Part shown: positions 50,359 to 62,765 of the stretch, in pieces | Layout: each line of letters starts with the position of its first letter | Numbering within the stretch: the stretch's first letter is position 1 | Assembly (NCBI GenBank): GCA_964016885.1 | Contig: OZ024741.1 | Location: 168,206,001-168,270,000 of the forward strand | Reading direction: 5' to 3' | DNA: 64,000 nucleotides | Origin: Eledone cirrhosa | Lineage: Eukaryota | Notes under the pieces: model-generated | Database searches by the model: none | What the model was told of the DNA's origin: nothing | What the model saw: only the letters and a program-made list of their open reading frames with translations | Made by a program: the position numbers and the translations under genes

Positions 50359-51346
50359 AGATGGTTCTATAGAAATAGTGGACAGCTTCCGTTACCTGGA
50401 TGACAAAATCATCAGTGGGGGATGGTGCTCAGAAAGTACAGTAGCTAGAGTCAGAACTGGATGGAAAAAGTTCAGAGAGCTTATACCACTATTAGCCGCT
50501 AAAGGGTTCTCCCTAAAAATGAAAGGCAGGCTGTATGATGCCTGCATACGAACAGCAATGTTGCATGGCAGTGAGACCTGGGCATTGTGTGCAGAGGATA
50601 TACGCAGACTGGAGAGGAACGAAGCTTGCATGCTCCGCTGGATGTGTAATAGTAATATACATGAATGGCAAAGCATAAACGAACTAAGGGAAAAATTAGA
50701 AATAAGAGGAATCAGATGTTGTTTACTCGAGAGAAGACTACGTTGGTATGGTCACGTGATGCGCATGAAAGATGACAGCTGTATAAAAAAGTGCAGGGCA
50801 ATAAAAATAGACGGTAGCCACGGAGTAGGCAGACCCAGAAAAACCTGGGACGACTTGATAAATTCCGACCTCACAGACTTACACCTCTCCAAGACAATGT
50901 CACTGGACCGAGATCTTTGGCGCTACTCAGTAATAGAGAAGACCCGCCTTACCTAAGTACAAAGTGAAACCTACTACAGTCAGTAGGCACCTCTAACAAA
51001 ATACACCCCCGTCCCACTACCCCACCCCATCCACACCACCCCTTTCAATGTAAAGTTATGTTGGTACCTCAACATCCAGCCCGAAACAAATGAGGTCGTG
51101 TAGGTGTCATGACAAAAAAACACACAGTCCACGCTGTAATGTGGCCATGTAGGTAACACGGTAAAAACCTCCCAGTTCCACACTGTAAATGTGGTTGGTG
51201 TTAGAAAGGGTATCCAACCGTAGAAAACCCGCCAGATAGTCCTAGGCGAGCAAGACAACCACTCTTGCCTCAAATGGGAAAACTCCCGTCCAAACCCATG
51301 CAAGCGTGGAATATGGACGTTAAACGATGATGATGATGATGATGAT
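50356..51346 (+). mobile_element. 5'-truncated RTE LINE, subfamily 2
   Basis: VDSFRYL..ARVRTGWKKFREL..RRLRWYGHV..GRPRKTW; 3' UTR and (GAT)n tail. Confidence 0.95.
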
Positions 51347-51779
51347 ATATATATATATATATATATATATTATCAGCCAGTCTAGGAGGGCAGTAATTAA
51401 GATGAAAAGCCACTGTATGGGCCAGATGTGGACTCCGTAAGCCATAGAGAAGGCAAAACTCTCTGAATAAAAACTGATATAGAGTGGAGACGATTCTTGA
51501 GTCAAGTAAGATAACCTCACTAGTGTTGGTAGTGTGAATTATGTACCCAATCCATGCTGTAGAGTGGTTGGTGGAAGGATGGGCATCCTACCAGAAGAAA
51601 GCCTGTCAAAATTAGGGAAAGCACAACACATAAGATTCATGCTAATTCCATATACAATACTAAGACTAGTAATGTTAGTGCTGCACACGATAATGGAGTA
51701 GCTGGAGTAGACCTTGTGGGAGAACCCTTCAACAAACATCAAGCAATCGCACAGCATTTTTTCCTTTCAGGTACAATGA

Positions 51780-54055
51780 ATCTAATCACTGTTAAGTTAC
51801 TTATCTCAGGATTGCCACTCTCAATGTTGACAGGTAAATCAGGTGAAATTGTGGAGTTGTTACAGTAGAGACAAGTGGATGTATGCTGTATACAAGAGGT
51901 GAGATAGGGTGGTGGTGCTTCAGTGAGACAACTTACAGGAAAACAACTTAGATACAAACTTTTCTGGATAGGAAATGATGATGGGATAGGTGATGTAGGC
52001 ATTTTACTAGCTGAAAATGGATAAAGTAATAGAGGTAGTTAGAGAAAGTGAAAGAATTATCAAGATTAGAATATCTGTAGGAAATAGAATGATAACAATA
52101 ATTACATCTATCAATGCAACACAGACAGGACTGAGTAAAGAAGCAAAGGGCAGTTTCTATGCAGAACTTTTAGAGACAACCTCATTTATTATTGAAACAA
52201 ACCTCATCATCTTGGCAGGTGACCTCAATGGACATAATGGATTCACTGGAGTTCATAGCAGCTATAGTTATGGCTCAAGAAAAGAAGAGCCAGTGAGGTT
52301 CCTGGAATTCTGTGATACAGATGAACTAACCATTTGTAACACTAATTTCAGGGAATCGGCCAGCCGGTTGATCACATACCAGGCAAATACACAAGCCAAA
52401 TTGATTTCTTACTTATAAAATTGAGATAGACAGATGGTAATAAATGCTGACCCTCCCTGTGGAAGAATGCGTTGCCCAAATTAAGTTAGTTATTACTGAC
52501 AAGACAGAACAAGATATGAAAAACAATATGGATCAGAAAAATGAAATGTTCCACATTGCAAGGCAGTGTGTCAGTATGAATCAGTATATTATTGCAGAAA
52601 TGCGTTAAAAATGTCACTGGTGCACTGAGCACCACTAATGCTCAATAGAAAGAGCCCTGGAAATGTTACTATGAAAGACTGGATGGGAGGTAAAAAAGCT
52701 ACCCCAACTTAGGCAACAGAGGAATCAGCTATAGAGATTTACAGCTATAGGGTCAAAGAATCAATCAAGGAGATGAAGAATGGTAAAGCCATGGGTGCAT
52801 TTGAGATAGTTGCCTTGGTGCTAAAAGCATTGGGAGAAATAGGAGCTGAACTAGTCACGAACATAGTCAATCAATACTGGATTACCCAATGACTAGCACA
52901 GCAGTACAATCATAAATTGCTATGAGGGTAAAACTGATGCTCTAGAAAGGAACAATTACATAGGAATAAAACTAATGAACCAAGTTATGAAAATGACGAA
53001 AAGAGTTCTAGCACATCTAATTAGGGAAAATTAGACAATATGCAGTTTGGTTTTATGCATTGGAAAAGCACTACATATGCTCTCTTCTTAGTGAGGCAAC
53101 TACAAGAGAAGTTCCTAGTTAAGAATAAGCCACTATATTTAGCTTTTGATGATCTTGAAAAAGCTTTTGACCAAGTAATTCGATATATTATTTTGTGGTC
53201 TTAAGAAAATTAGGTGTAGAAGAATGGCTTGTGAGAGCAGTGGTAGTTATGTACAGAGGAGCTGTCAGTAAAGTGAAAATAGGAATTGAGTTTAGTGAGG
53301 AATTTAGGGTTTGGTTCTGAGCCCACTGTTATTTATAGGGTCAAAGGTTTTCTAGGCCATAACAGAGGACTTTAAGACTGGCTTTCAATGGGGACTTCTT
53401 TTTGCAGATGATCTGGTCTTTATAGCTGAATCCATGAAAGAACTAAAGAATAAGTTCTGACTATGAAACAAAATTTACAATCAAAAGAGCTGAGAATAAA
53501 CTTAGAAAAAACTAAAGTGTAGGTTAGTAGGAAAGAAGACAGGGTCCTGATCCCATCAATATGCAGAATAGGCATAGGTAGAAACTCTATACAATGTAGA
53601 CGATGGAAATCTTGGATACACAAGAAGTGTAGTGGAATAGCAGGCAGACTAACAGGAAAGGAAGTCTTTGAATGTACTAGATGCACAGTGGTAATCGATA
53701 TAAACCTTTTTCAATCACATGAAAGATCTATAGAAGTAGTTGATAGCTTCTATTACCTAGGTGACCTAAATAGATGTGGAAGAGAGAAGACTGTGTTAGT
53801 ATGGGCATATGATGTGAATGGATGATGATTGCTGGGTAAAGAAGTACCAGGAATTTCCAGTGGAAGGAAGCTGCTGTAGAGGTAGACAAAGGAAGATTTT
53901 TTTTGGGGGGGGGGGGGGGGGGAGATCGTGATAGCTGAAACACACAGAGGAGATGACGAAGGAACACAGCAAGTGGAGCAATGCTGTGCTGAAAAGCACC
54001 CATGCAAGTGTGGAAAAGTGAACATAAAAACAATGATGATGAGGATAATGATGAT
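51780..54055 (+). mobile_element. Older, heavily decayed RTE LINE
   Basis: VDVCCIQEV, ILAGDLNGH, LAFDDLEKAFD, LLFADDL and PHD remnants; many stops and deletions. Confidence 0.88.
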
Positions 54056-54060
54056 ACCAG

Positions 54061-54521
54061 CTTAAAGTTGACAGCTTCATTACATCTTTTGACTGCAAAA
54101 ATTCATATAAGCTGGGAAAAATAGAGGTGAAAAATGGACAATGATGTTTGTGGGACTTAAACTCACACCCTTTTGATTCCAGAAAACTATGCTATTGATT
54201 GCTCCAATGCAAAGCTGTTGAATTTATTCTGTTATTTAAGCTGTATCAATCAGCCTGTAGATAAATAAGTAATCTATTGAATGGTTCCAAAAATAAATTG
54301 TTTATTTATTTACTAGCTGAGCGAAAAAGCTGAAATAACAGGAAAAAATTGCCAACTTCACTTTAGTGTACTTGGTAGCATGGTTGGCTAGTATATGGCA
54401 GGCATGAGTTCAAGTCTCTCAGGTGATGCTGTCCAATTTTTCCATCTCTGGAGGCTGATATGCCCAAATTGTTAAGACTTTTTTCATCATCAAAAACATA
54501 CATTGAAGCTGTTAACTTTAA
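54061..54521. repeat. Diverged palindromic element with two outward-facing tRNA-like segments
   Basis: Ends cttaaagttgacagcttca / tgaagctgttaactttaag; inner ctgttatttaagct / agctgaaataacag; tRNA-like segments at about 54145-54215 (-) and 54360-54430 (+). Confidence 0.6.
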
Positions 54522-55099
54522 GTTAACATACATTCAAACTTATAAAACCCACTCTTAAAATAGATTGTATATATATATTTAAAATCTGAGCATATTGGTA
54601 GTGTACAACAGTTAGCCCTGAAGAAATAAAGAGAAAAAAATTAAATAGATAAATGTGAGAGTTAGTCCTAAGACAAGATGATGACAGAGAGGTGACGTGG
54701 AAGTCAGATGAGGTCAAAATGTAAAAAAGAGGAGAGGTATTAAGCCTTCTGGTGCCAAAGAGCTTTGAGGGTTTAAGCCCCCTTCAATAATTTGTTTTAA
54801 TATACTTGTGCTTTGGTTTTTATTGTACTGATTTCTTTCGATTCTTAATATGTTAGTATGATAACGTTTTTAATTTCTTTCTTAGTCTCCTATTAGTGAT
54901 AAAAAAGCATGAGCTAATAAGAATAATGCACATGTATAGAATATATACTTAAGCCCTCACCTAATCCCCAAACTGTAACAGAAGCTCTGGATGTAGATAG
55001 AAAGCAACAGATGAAGGGATGGAGAGAGATAGAGATTGAGGAAGAAAGAGAGAGTGAAAGAGAAAGAGGAAAAGAAAGAAGAGTTGCAGGTTGTGTATT

Positions 55100-55800
55100 G
55101 TCTATTTTTAGACAGAAGTCAAAGATGACATGCGTTTGCTGAGACAATAATAATAATATTAAGGAAATCAGACCTCAAAACAACAACTACAGCACTATTT
55201 TTTTCTGCTCAAGAGCAAACACTCAGAAAAAACTTGATTAAAAACAAAATACATAAAATTATACTTTCACCCTGTGTAGACTATGTGGTGAAAAGACAGA
55301 GTGTGAATCACATCATTAGTGAATGCCACAGATAATACAAGATAAGAAACAAAGTTCCTAAGATTATCCATTAGAAGCTCTGTGGGAAGTATCATCTGGA
55401 ACTAAATGAACTGTGGTATCAACATCAACCAGCGGGCGTAGTTGAGATTGATTGCATAAAGATATTATGGGACATGACTATACATAGCGATAATATTATA
55501 ACAGATTGAAGACCTGACATATTTGGGATAGAAAAAAGAGACAGGATATATCAAATTATTGATGTCACCATTCCTGCAGATGAGTAGATCTACCCAAAGG
55601 AAATGGAATCACTGATAAATACCCAGACCTTAGAATTAAAGTCCAAAGAATATTGAACATGAGAAAAGTTGAGTTTATATAAATAGTGATAGGTACTCTT
55701 GGTTGTGTGAATAGGGAAATGAATAGAAAAACTTGGGATACAGGTAAAGGTAGTACTCCTCCAGAGAGCAACACTCCCCAGAAGAGCAAGCATTGGATAA
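55100..55800 (+). mobile_element. Decayed R4/Dong-like C-terminus (CCHC plus RLE)
   Basis: CRLCGEK..HIISEC, KILWDMTI..RPDI..IIDVTIP. Confidence 0.8.
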
Positions 55801-55961
55801 AGGTGGGTGGGTGGAAAGATAAACCCCAGGTGAAAGTAAACAAGAGTTCCTAGAACATTACTTATGAGTTGTCCTCTTGGTATAGTAATTCAGCAAAAGA
55901 ACAACCTGAGAAAGAAGAAATAGTATATATATATATACATAAATATGTATTTATATATATA

Positions 55962-56320
55962 TTGCTCAAGGAAACAACACATCACCCGGTCTGAGTTCAA
56001 TTCTCAGACCAGGTGATGTGTTGTTTCCTTGAGCAAGACACTTTATTTCACATTGCTCCAGTTTACTCCGCTGTAGAAATGAGATTATCGGACTAGGCTC
56101 CCTATCATTCCACTGCAAAGTGGTCATGGAGGTGCCATGGTAAAAAGCACCCAGCCCACACTGTAAAGTTGATGTGTAAGTGCCACGGAAAAAAAAGCAC
56201 CCAGCCCACACTGTAAATGAGGTTGGTATTAGGAAGGGCATCCAGCTGTAGAAATCAAGCCAGAATCAGTTCCCGTCCCACCCTTGCAAGCAGGGAAAAG
56301 CAGACGTAAAATGAAAAATG
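55962..56320 (+). mobile_element. SINE family C with a fold-back 5' end
   Basis: Body and tail as in 22250-22490; the 5' part is replaced by an inverted copy. Confidence 0.85.
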
Positions 56321-57049
56321 ATATATATATATATATATATATATATCAAATAAAAATACAGAAAGAACTGTCTTAATTAATTAAGATAGTCAATTATGTT
56401 CTTTTGCTCATGAAACTGTAGTAAAGGGAATATTTGTTGAGCCTCTAGCTTTAGGTTGCTTAACGAATACTCTACCCTGAGGGCAAGATGCTGTGGATTT
56501 TTTTTTTAAATTTTAGATTAATTTACTGCAATCTACCCATTAGATAGTCTGTATTTTATTTTAAATATTTCTATATTTATAAGTTTCTCTAAACTAGATT
56601 CTTAGCATTCTTTTTTTATCGAGATGTAAAGTAGATTGCTGACAAATTTTACACATACAGACATATATGTATGTACATATTTGTGTGTGTGCGTGCATGT
56701 ATACAAATGCCTATTTATAATAGTTATATTTCCTGTCCCTGCATATTGACTAAATTCTGTCAGACTGACAGAAAAAGTTTATATATTGTCTGCCAGAAAA
56801 TCTAAGAGATACAAATGGAATTATTTTTATTCATTGAAACTCATACCACTGAATTATATTTATGTAGAAATATATATGGTAACCTTTACATTATGTTTAT
56901 GTATAATATACTATATTTTCATATATTTCATATAACATACCATATTTTCATATATTTCATATAACATACCATATCATTTCATGTTTAATATAAGAAACTT
57001 TGAGCTAAAATTAAATGCAAAATAGTGGCATCATTTCATATATGAGTAC

Positions 57050-59310
57050 ACTCACTGTAGAAATTGCAACAATAGCTACAGTCAAAAGCAGCACCATCCA
57101 ATCTACAGTTTTAGATGTGCATCACCAGAAAATTCAGTGCTATACTTTCAACCATCTGGATGGAACAACATCCCCAGAGAAGCTTGGAGATTGATAAAAG
57201 AACTTTCTGGTAAGAAGAAGAGGAAGAATGTGGTATATATCCAAGGGGAAGTCTGCCTTGTGACTTGGAGAGAGCTCTTTAACAAACTCCTGTCAGATGA
57301 CAAGCATTGTGAGCCAGATGTAACAATTGACCCAGTATTTAAAGTACATCCAGAGATAAGCATGGCTGAATTCTCTTTAGAAGAGGTGGACAATACAGTA
57401 AAGGCAATAAAACCAGACAAAACTCATAGACTTGATGGCCTAACTATAGACTTATAGAAACGACCAAAAGCTTGTAAGTTTTAAGAAATTACTGCATCAA
57501 AACCTGTGAAGGTCACAGGCCTGAGGAATGGGGAATATCAGGAATAGTGTCAATACTCCAGAAAGGTAATCTCACCATCTGTACCAAATATATGCCTTTA
57601 ACTGCATTCAATATCTGATGAGGTATCCCATACACCAGAAGAATTTTTAGCATCTTTTGGTAAATTGAATCAAAAGTCTTCTTGAAATTTATGAATAAAA
57701 TTACTGCCTCCTTCTTGAGACTCCGTACCTCCTCAACAATCCTTCTTAGAGCCAAGATGTGTGAGGTAGTAGAGTGAGATGGCTGAAATCCATTTTGACT
57801 GGAATGTAAAATGTTGAGACATGTTCTGATTCTATTCAGGATCATCCTATTTTAAGTCTTTGTGTAAGACTTACAATAGGATGATCCTGAATAGAATCAG
57901 AACATGTCTCAACATTTTACATTCCAGTCAAAATGGATTTCAGCCATCTCACTCTACTACCTCACACATCTTGGCTCTAAGAAGGATTGTTGAGGAGGTA
58001 CGGAGTCTCAAGAAGGAGGCAGTAATTTTATTCATAAATTTCAAGAAGACTTTTGATTCAATTTACCAAAAGATGCTAAAAATTCTTCTGGTGTATGGGA
58101 TACCTCATCAGATATTGAATGCAGTTAAAGGCATGTATGAGAATACTTCAGCACTTATAATGTCAACCAAAGGAAATTCAAACCTATTTACCATTGATAC
58201 CAGAGTCTTCCTGGTCCCTTTACTTTTTGTGATATGCTTTGATTATGCACTGCATAATGTCATTACACAACCAGATGGGGTAACACTGAAAGGTTGGCAA
58301 AATACCTGAGATCTAAAGGAAGTTCTACCTAAATTGGCTTAAACAAATGACATGGCATTCCTGGAAAACTTCAGCAAAAAAGCTGAGGGCCAGTTACACT
58401 GAGTGGAGGCTGCAGCACAGTCCATTCAACTCTTCTTAAATGCTGACAAAAAATAATTAATGAATCTCAATTCAGCATCAAATGAACAAATGCATGTGTT
58501 AGACAGTTTGGAGATTGATGAAGTCAATGACTTCTTATACCATGGCAGTTCCATGAACACAGAACACAATGTGGACACCAGAACAAGAAAGGCTTGGGGG
58601 CTCTCAACTCCCTATCGAAAGGCACCTCTAACAAACTACACCCCCGTCCCACTACCCCCACCCCCATCAACACCACCCCTTTCTCTGTTAAGTTATGTTG
58701 GTACCCCAACATCCAGTCCTAAATAAATGAGGTCGTGTAGGTGTCACGACAAAAAAAAACACACAGTCCATGCTGTAATGTGGCCGTGTAGGTAACACGG
58801 TAAAAACCTCCCAGTCCACACTGTAAACATGGTTGGTGTTAGGAAGGGCATCCAGCTGTAGAAAACCTGCCAGACAGTCCCATACGAGCGAGACGACCAA
58901 TCTTGCCCCAAGTGGGACAATTACCGTCTAAACCCATGCTAGCGTGGAAGATAGACGTTAAACGATGATGATGATGATGATAAATGGCACATTCACACAA
59001 ATGCTGAGAAAAATGCAGAGCATCTCCAGCAAAACATACATAGCAAATAAATTGCACTACAGTTCACATCCTCATCTTTCTGACATCATAAGGCATAGGA
59101 GGCTCACATTAGCCAGACATCTGAAATATAACAATGAACATACTGTCAGAGATCTTTTCTGGAAACCAGACAAGTTGGGAGATCAATCATCACTCAAGTA
59201 TATTTTTGAAGATGACAGTGGGTTGGAGGCAAGGGAACTTCAGGCAGCAATTCTAGACAGGATTAGCTGGAGGAGGAACTTCATCATGGCACCGGTAATG
59301 GATGTGTAGA
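57050..59310 (+). mobile_element. Decayed RT-encoding LINE of a separate family, with an internal inversion and an RTE-tail insertion (58620-58980)
   Basis: QNGFQPSHSTTSHILALRRIVE..FINFKKTFDSI..YGIP; C-terminal IIRHRRLTLARH..DRISWR. Confidence 0.82.
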
Positions 59311-59720
59311 AGACATGTTTTTAAAAGGTTTTACTGACCTTAAAAACATTAATTTCAAACTGTAAGATTATGAATACATTCAGGTTGTTTTTCATTCTTT
59401 AAAATTCAAGAAGCTGAATACCATAGTAAAATATATGTGTGAGAGCGAGATTTCTAATGCATAGCATGTTACAAATTAACAAAAAAAGATTTAGTAGATA
59501 TAGCTGAACTCTGGCGTTGTATAATACACAAGAATGTAATTTATTCCCATTTTCTTTTTACCTACTGCAACAAGGATTGATTATACACTAAAAGATAGTC
59601 TATCAGTATTTTAAGCAGTGGTCGGATTGTAGCTATCTCATCAATAATGTAAAAAGACAAATATGTGTACTTCAGAATCGTTAATCCATCAACAGTAATT
59701 CTTATTCACTCAGCTTGCAA

Positions 59721-59759
<39 letters not shown>

Positions 59760-59792
59760 CGGAATTAAAAGATGGTTAAAAGAGTTCCATAT

Positions 59793-59860
59793 ATTTTATT
59801 ATGCGCATTTCGAATACAAAATCATCCTGGGACAAAAATTGTGTTTTCATCAGATAAAAT
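59793..59860 (-). ncRNA. Type I hammerhead (family B), stem II decayed
   Basis: Reverse complement ATTTTAT-CTGATGA-aaacacaa..ttgtattc-GAAA-T gcgc A-TA-ATAAAAT; flank homologous to 37696-37860 and adjacent to (TA)n. Confidence 0.72.
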
Positions 59861-60460
59861 GAGGTAACATGATATGAGGCATAATAGCACTTGTTTTCAG
59901 GAAAGAGCTAAGTCTACATATGACAGAAATATAAGTGCTAAAACTATAGTAAGAAATAGATAGGAAAATAGAAGAAAGGAAAGAAGAGGAGAAAAAGGAA
60001 AAGGAAGAGAAGAAAAGATATATATATTTATATATATAATTATTTAATACAATAACAGAGATAGCTTAAAGCTAAACTCTGACTGGTAAACCATCTCACT
60101 CAACAAACATTAGGTTATATGTTAGTATAAACCCAATTTAAGTGTTTGGGGTGCTAACTATATGTATTATGTGGAAAGCCAGTTGTATTATTTTATGAGA
60201 TATAATTAAAGTTAAAATACATCTCTCTTTCCAAACAATTGTTTCATTATAAGTTTTCTACAAATTAGGAGAATGTTTCCAGTTTATGCAGAAGCCTAAC
60301 ATATATTCATGTAGGAATATATTTAGGTGGGTGCTTATAAATCATCAGTCGAAGCCCATTAAACTTTGATATAAGAAAAAATTCTTACCGCAGTATATTT
60401 ATATATATATATATATATATAACGGAAGAGAAGAAAAGATATATATACTTATATATATAT

Positions 60461-60703
60461 ATATTTATTAAAATAACAGATTAAAGTTTAAGCAAAGAAT
60501 ATATATATAAGTAGCTAATAGCTTCTTACATAGAGATTTTGTAAATAATACATATTTGATGAAGGCATGTAGAGCAAGCTTTATATTTATTAAAATAACA
60601 GATTAAAGTTTAAGCAAAGAATATATATATAAGTAGCTAATAGCTTCTTACATAGAGATTTTGTAAATAATACATATTTGATGAAGGCATGTAGAGCAAG
60701 CTT
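60461..60703. repeat. Exact tandem duplication of about 122 bp
   Basis: atatttattaaaataacag..gtagagcaagctt occurs twice. Confidence 0.9.
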
Positions 60704-61127
60704 GATGGACAGAGAAACATTAATTAGTAGTCACACAAACATATATGCAAAAAGAAAATAAAACGATGGAGATTATGATGATTGTGACATATAGACTTAT
60801 TTTTTAAGAAATCAATATTACAATTTTACTACTTTCAGCCAGTTGTCTGTGGGTGGCCAAACAGGGACATCATCATCATTATATTTTCATGTATCTGTTT
60901 GTTTTGAAGAAATCGATTAAAATATTTTACTATTTCCAGTCAGTGAACTGTGACCAAACTGGGGTGCCATCATTGATATTATTTATTGTTTATTTGAGGA
61001 TAGGGAGAGATGTTTGAATATATCATACAATTATAGTAAATTCTTTATTATATGATATACTATATCATCCTAGAATAATATGAAAATAAATATAACATCA
61101 TGAAAAGTATTCTGTCAATAGAGAAAT

Positions 61128-61129
<2 letters not shown>

Positions 61130-61159
<30 letters not shown>

Positions 61160-61710
61160 GTTTAACATCCATCTTCCACGCTAGCATGGGTTTGAACGGG
61201 AGTTTTCCACTTGAGGCAAGATTGGTTGTCTTGCTCGTATAGGACTGTCTGGCGGGTTTTCTATGGCTGGATGCCCTTCCTAAACACCAACCACATTTAC
61301 AGTGTGGAGTGGGAGGTTTTTACCGTGTTACCTACACGGCCACATTACAGCGTGGACTGTGTTTCTTTTTGTCGTGACACCTAGACGACCTCATTTATTT
61401 AGGACTGGATGTTGTGGTACCAACATAACTTTACATTGAAACAGGTGGTGTGGATGGGGTGGGGTAGTGGGACGGGAATGTATTTTTGTTAAGAGGTGCC
61501 TACTGACTGTAGGTTTTGCTTTGCAGTTAGGCAAGGCGGGTCTTCTGTATTACTGCGTAGCGCCAAAGATCTCAGTCCAGTGACATTGTCTTGGAGAGGT
61601 GTAATTGTGTGAGGTCGGAATTTATCAAGTCGTCCCAGGTTTTTCTGGGTCTGCCTACTCCGTGGCTACCGTCTATTTTGATCACCCTGCACTTTTTTAT
61701 ACAGCTGTAT
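61130..61710 (-). mobile_element. 5'-truncated RTE LINE, subfamily 2
   Basis: Reverse complement of 50775-51345. Confidence 0.93.
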
Positions 61711-61784
61711 TTAATTCTCTTTACATTTATATAAATATTTTTTTTATATATGTATGTATTTATATATATATATATATATATAAT

Positions 61785-62045
61785 CATCATCACCATTTAA
61801 CATCCACGCTAGCATAGGTTAGACAGGTTGTCCTATTTGAGGCAAGTTGAGGTCAGATGACCATGTCTTGCTCAGAGAGAACAGATTTTGGCTTGGTTTA
61901 TATGGCTGGATGTTCTTCCTAACACCAACCACATTTACAGTGTAGGCTGAGTGCTTTTTGATGTGACACCTACATGACCATCTTACAGTGTGGGCTGGGT
62001 GCTTTTTGTCGTGTCACCATCACAACCACTTTACATTGTGGGCTG
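61785..62045 (-). mobile_element. RTE 3' UTR tail fragment
   Basis: Same tail module and tandem units. Confidence 0.78.
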
Positions 62046-62765
62046 AGAGTTAGGGTGGGGAGGGCATTTGGGGATGAAGGTGAAGGTGGTGCATACTAGA
62101 TGTATGCTTCAGCCTGTGCCCATGAGAAGTGTATGGGAAGGGAATACTATATATACGGTATATATTGCAAATGAATTAAATATTTTTATTAATATTCAAA
62201 AAAATCAGATTTACATTTTTTGTATTCAGCCATGTAGAGCAATACAACTATTTATTAATTATTTGACTATGGCAAAGCCACTCATTAATCGCTTGTATAA
62301 ATAAAACTTACTGGCCTATCTGCGAATATGCAAATCTGGCTGATCAGTGGGTCTGCTAATATGCAAATCAGGCTGGTCAGTTGCTGTATATTTTAGAAAA
62401 TATCATATATTTTTCACTAGCTCTGACAGTTGGCAGGTAAACAATGAAGGGTAATAACCTAGAAACATTAGCGCTTGCCATTCTGTTTATATGCCAACAC
62501 AAGAGCATGAATGATGGAGTCATTCTACTGACATAGATTAAGAGACTGTTTGCATAATTACAAACAAATCGAATATTATTATTAATATAAAAAAACCTCA
62601 GATTTACATTTATTGTATTCAGCCATGTAGAGTGTTAAAACTATTTGTTATATATATATATATATATATATTCATATACCAGTTATGTTAGGGCTGTTTA
62701 CCAATGGGTAGAACAAGTGGGTCAGGTTGATAAACGATGATGTAATAAATTAATATATATATATA

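Noticed and set aside
50222-50956. 244-aa ORF as a novel fusion protein
   Set aside because: The N-terminus is antisense PLE sequence fortuitously in frame with the RTE C-terminus.
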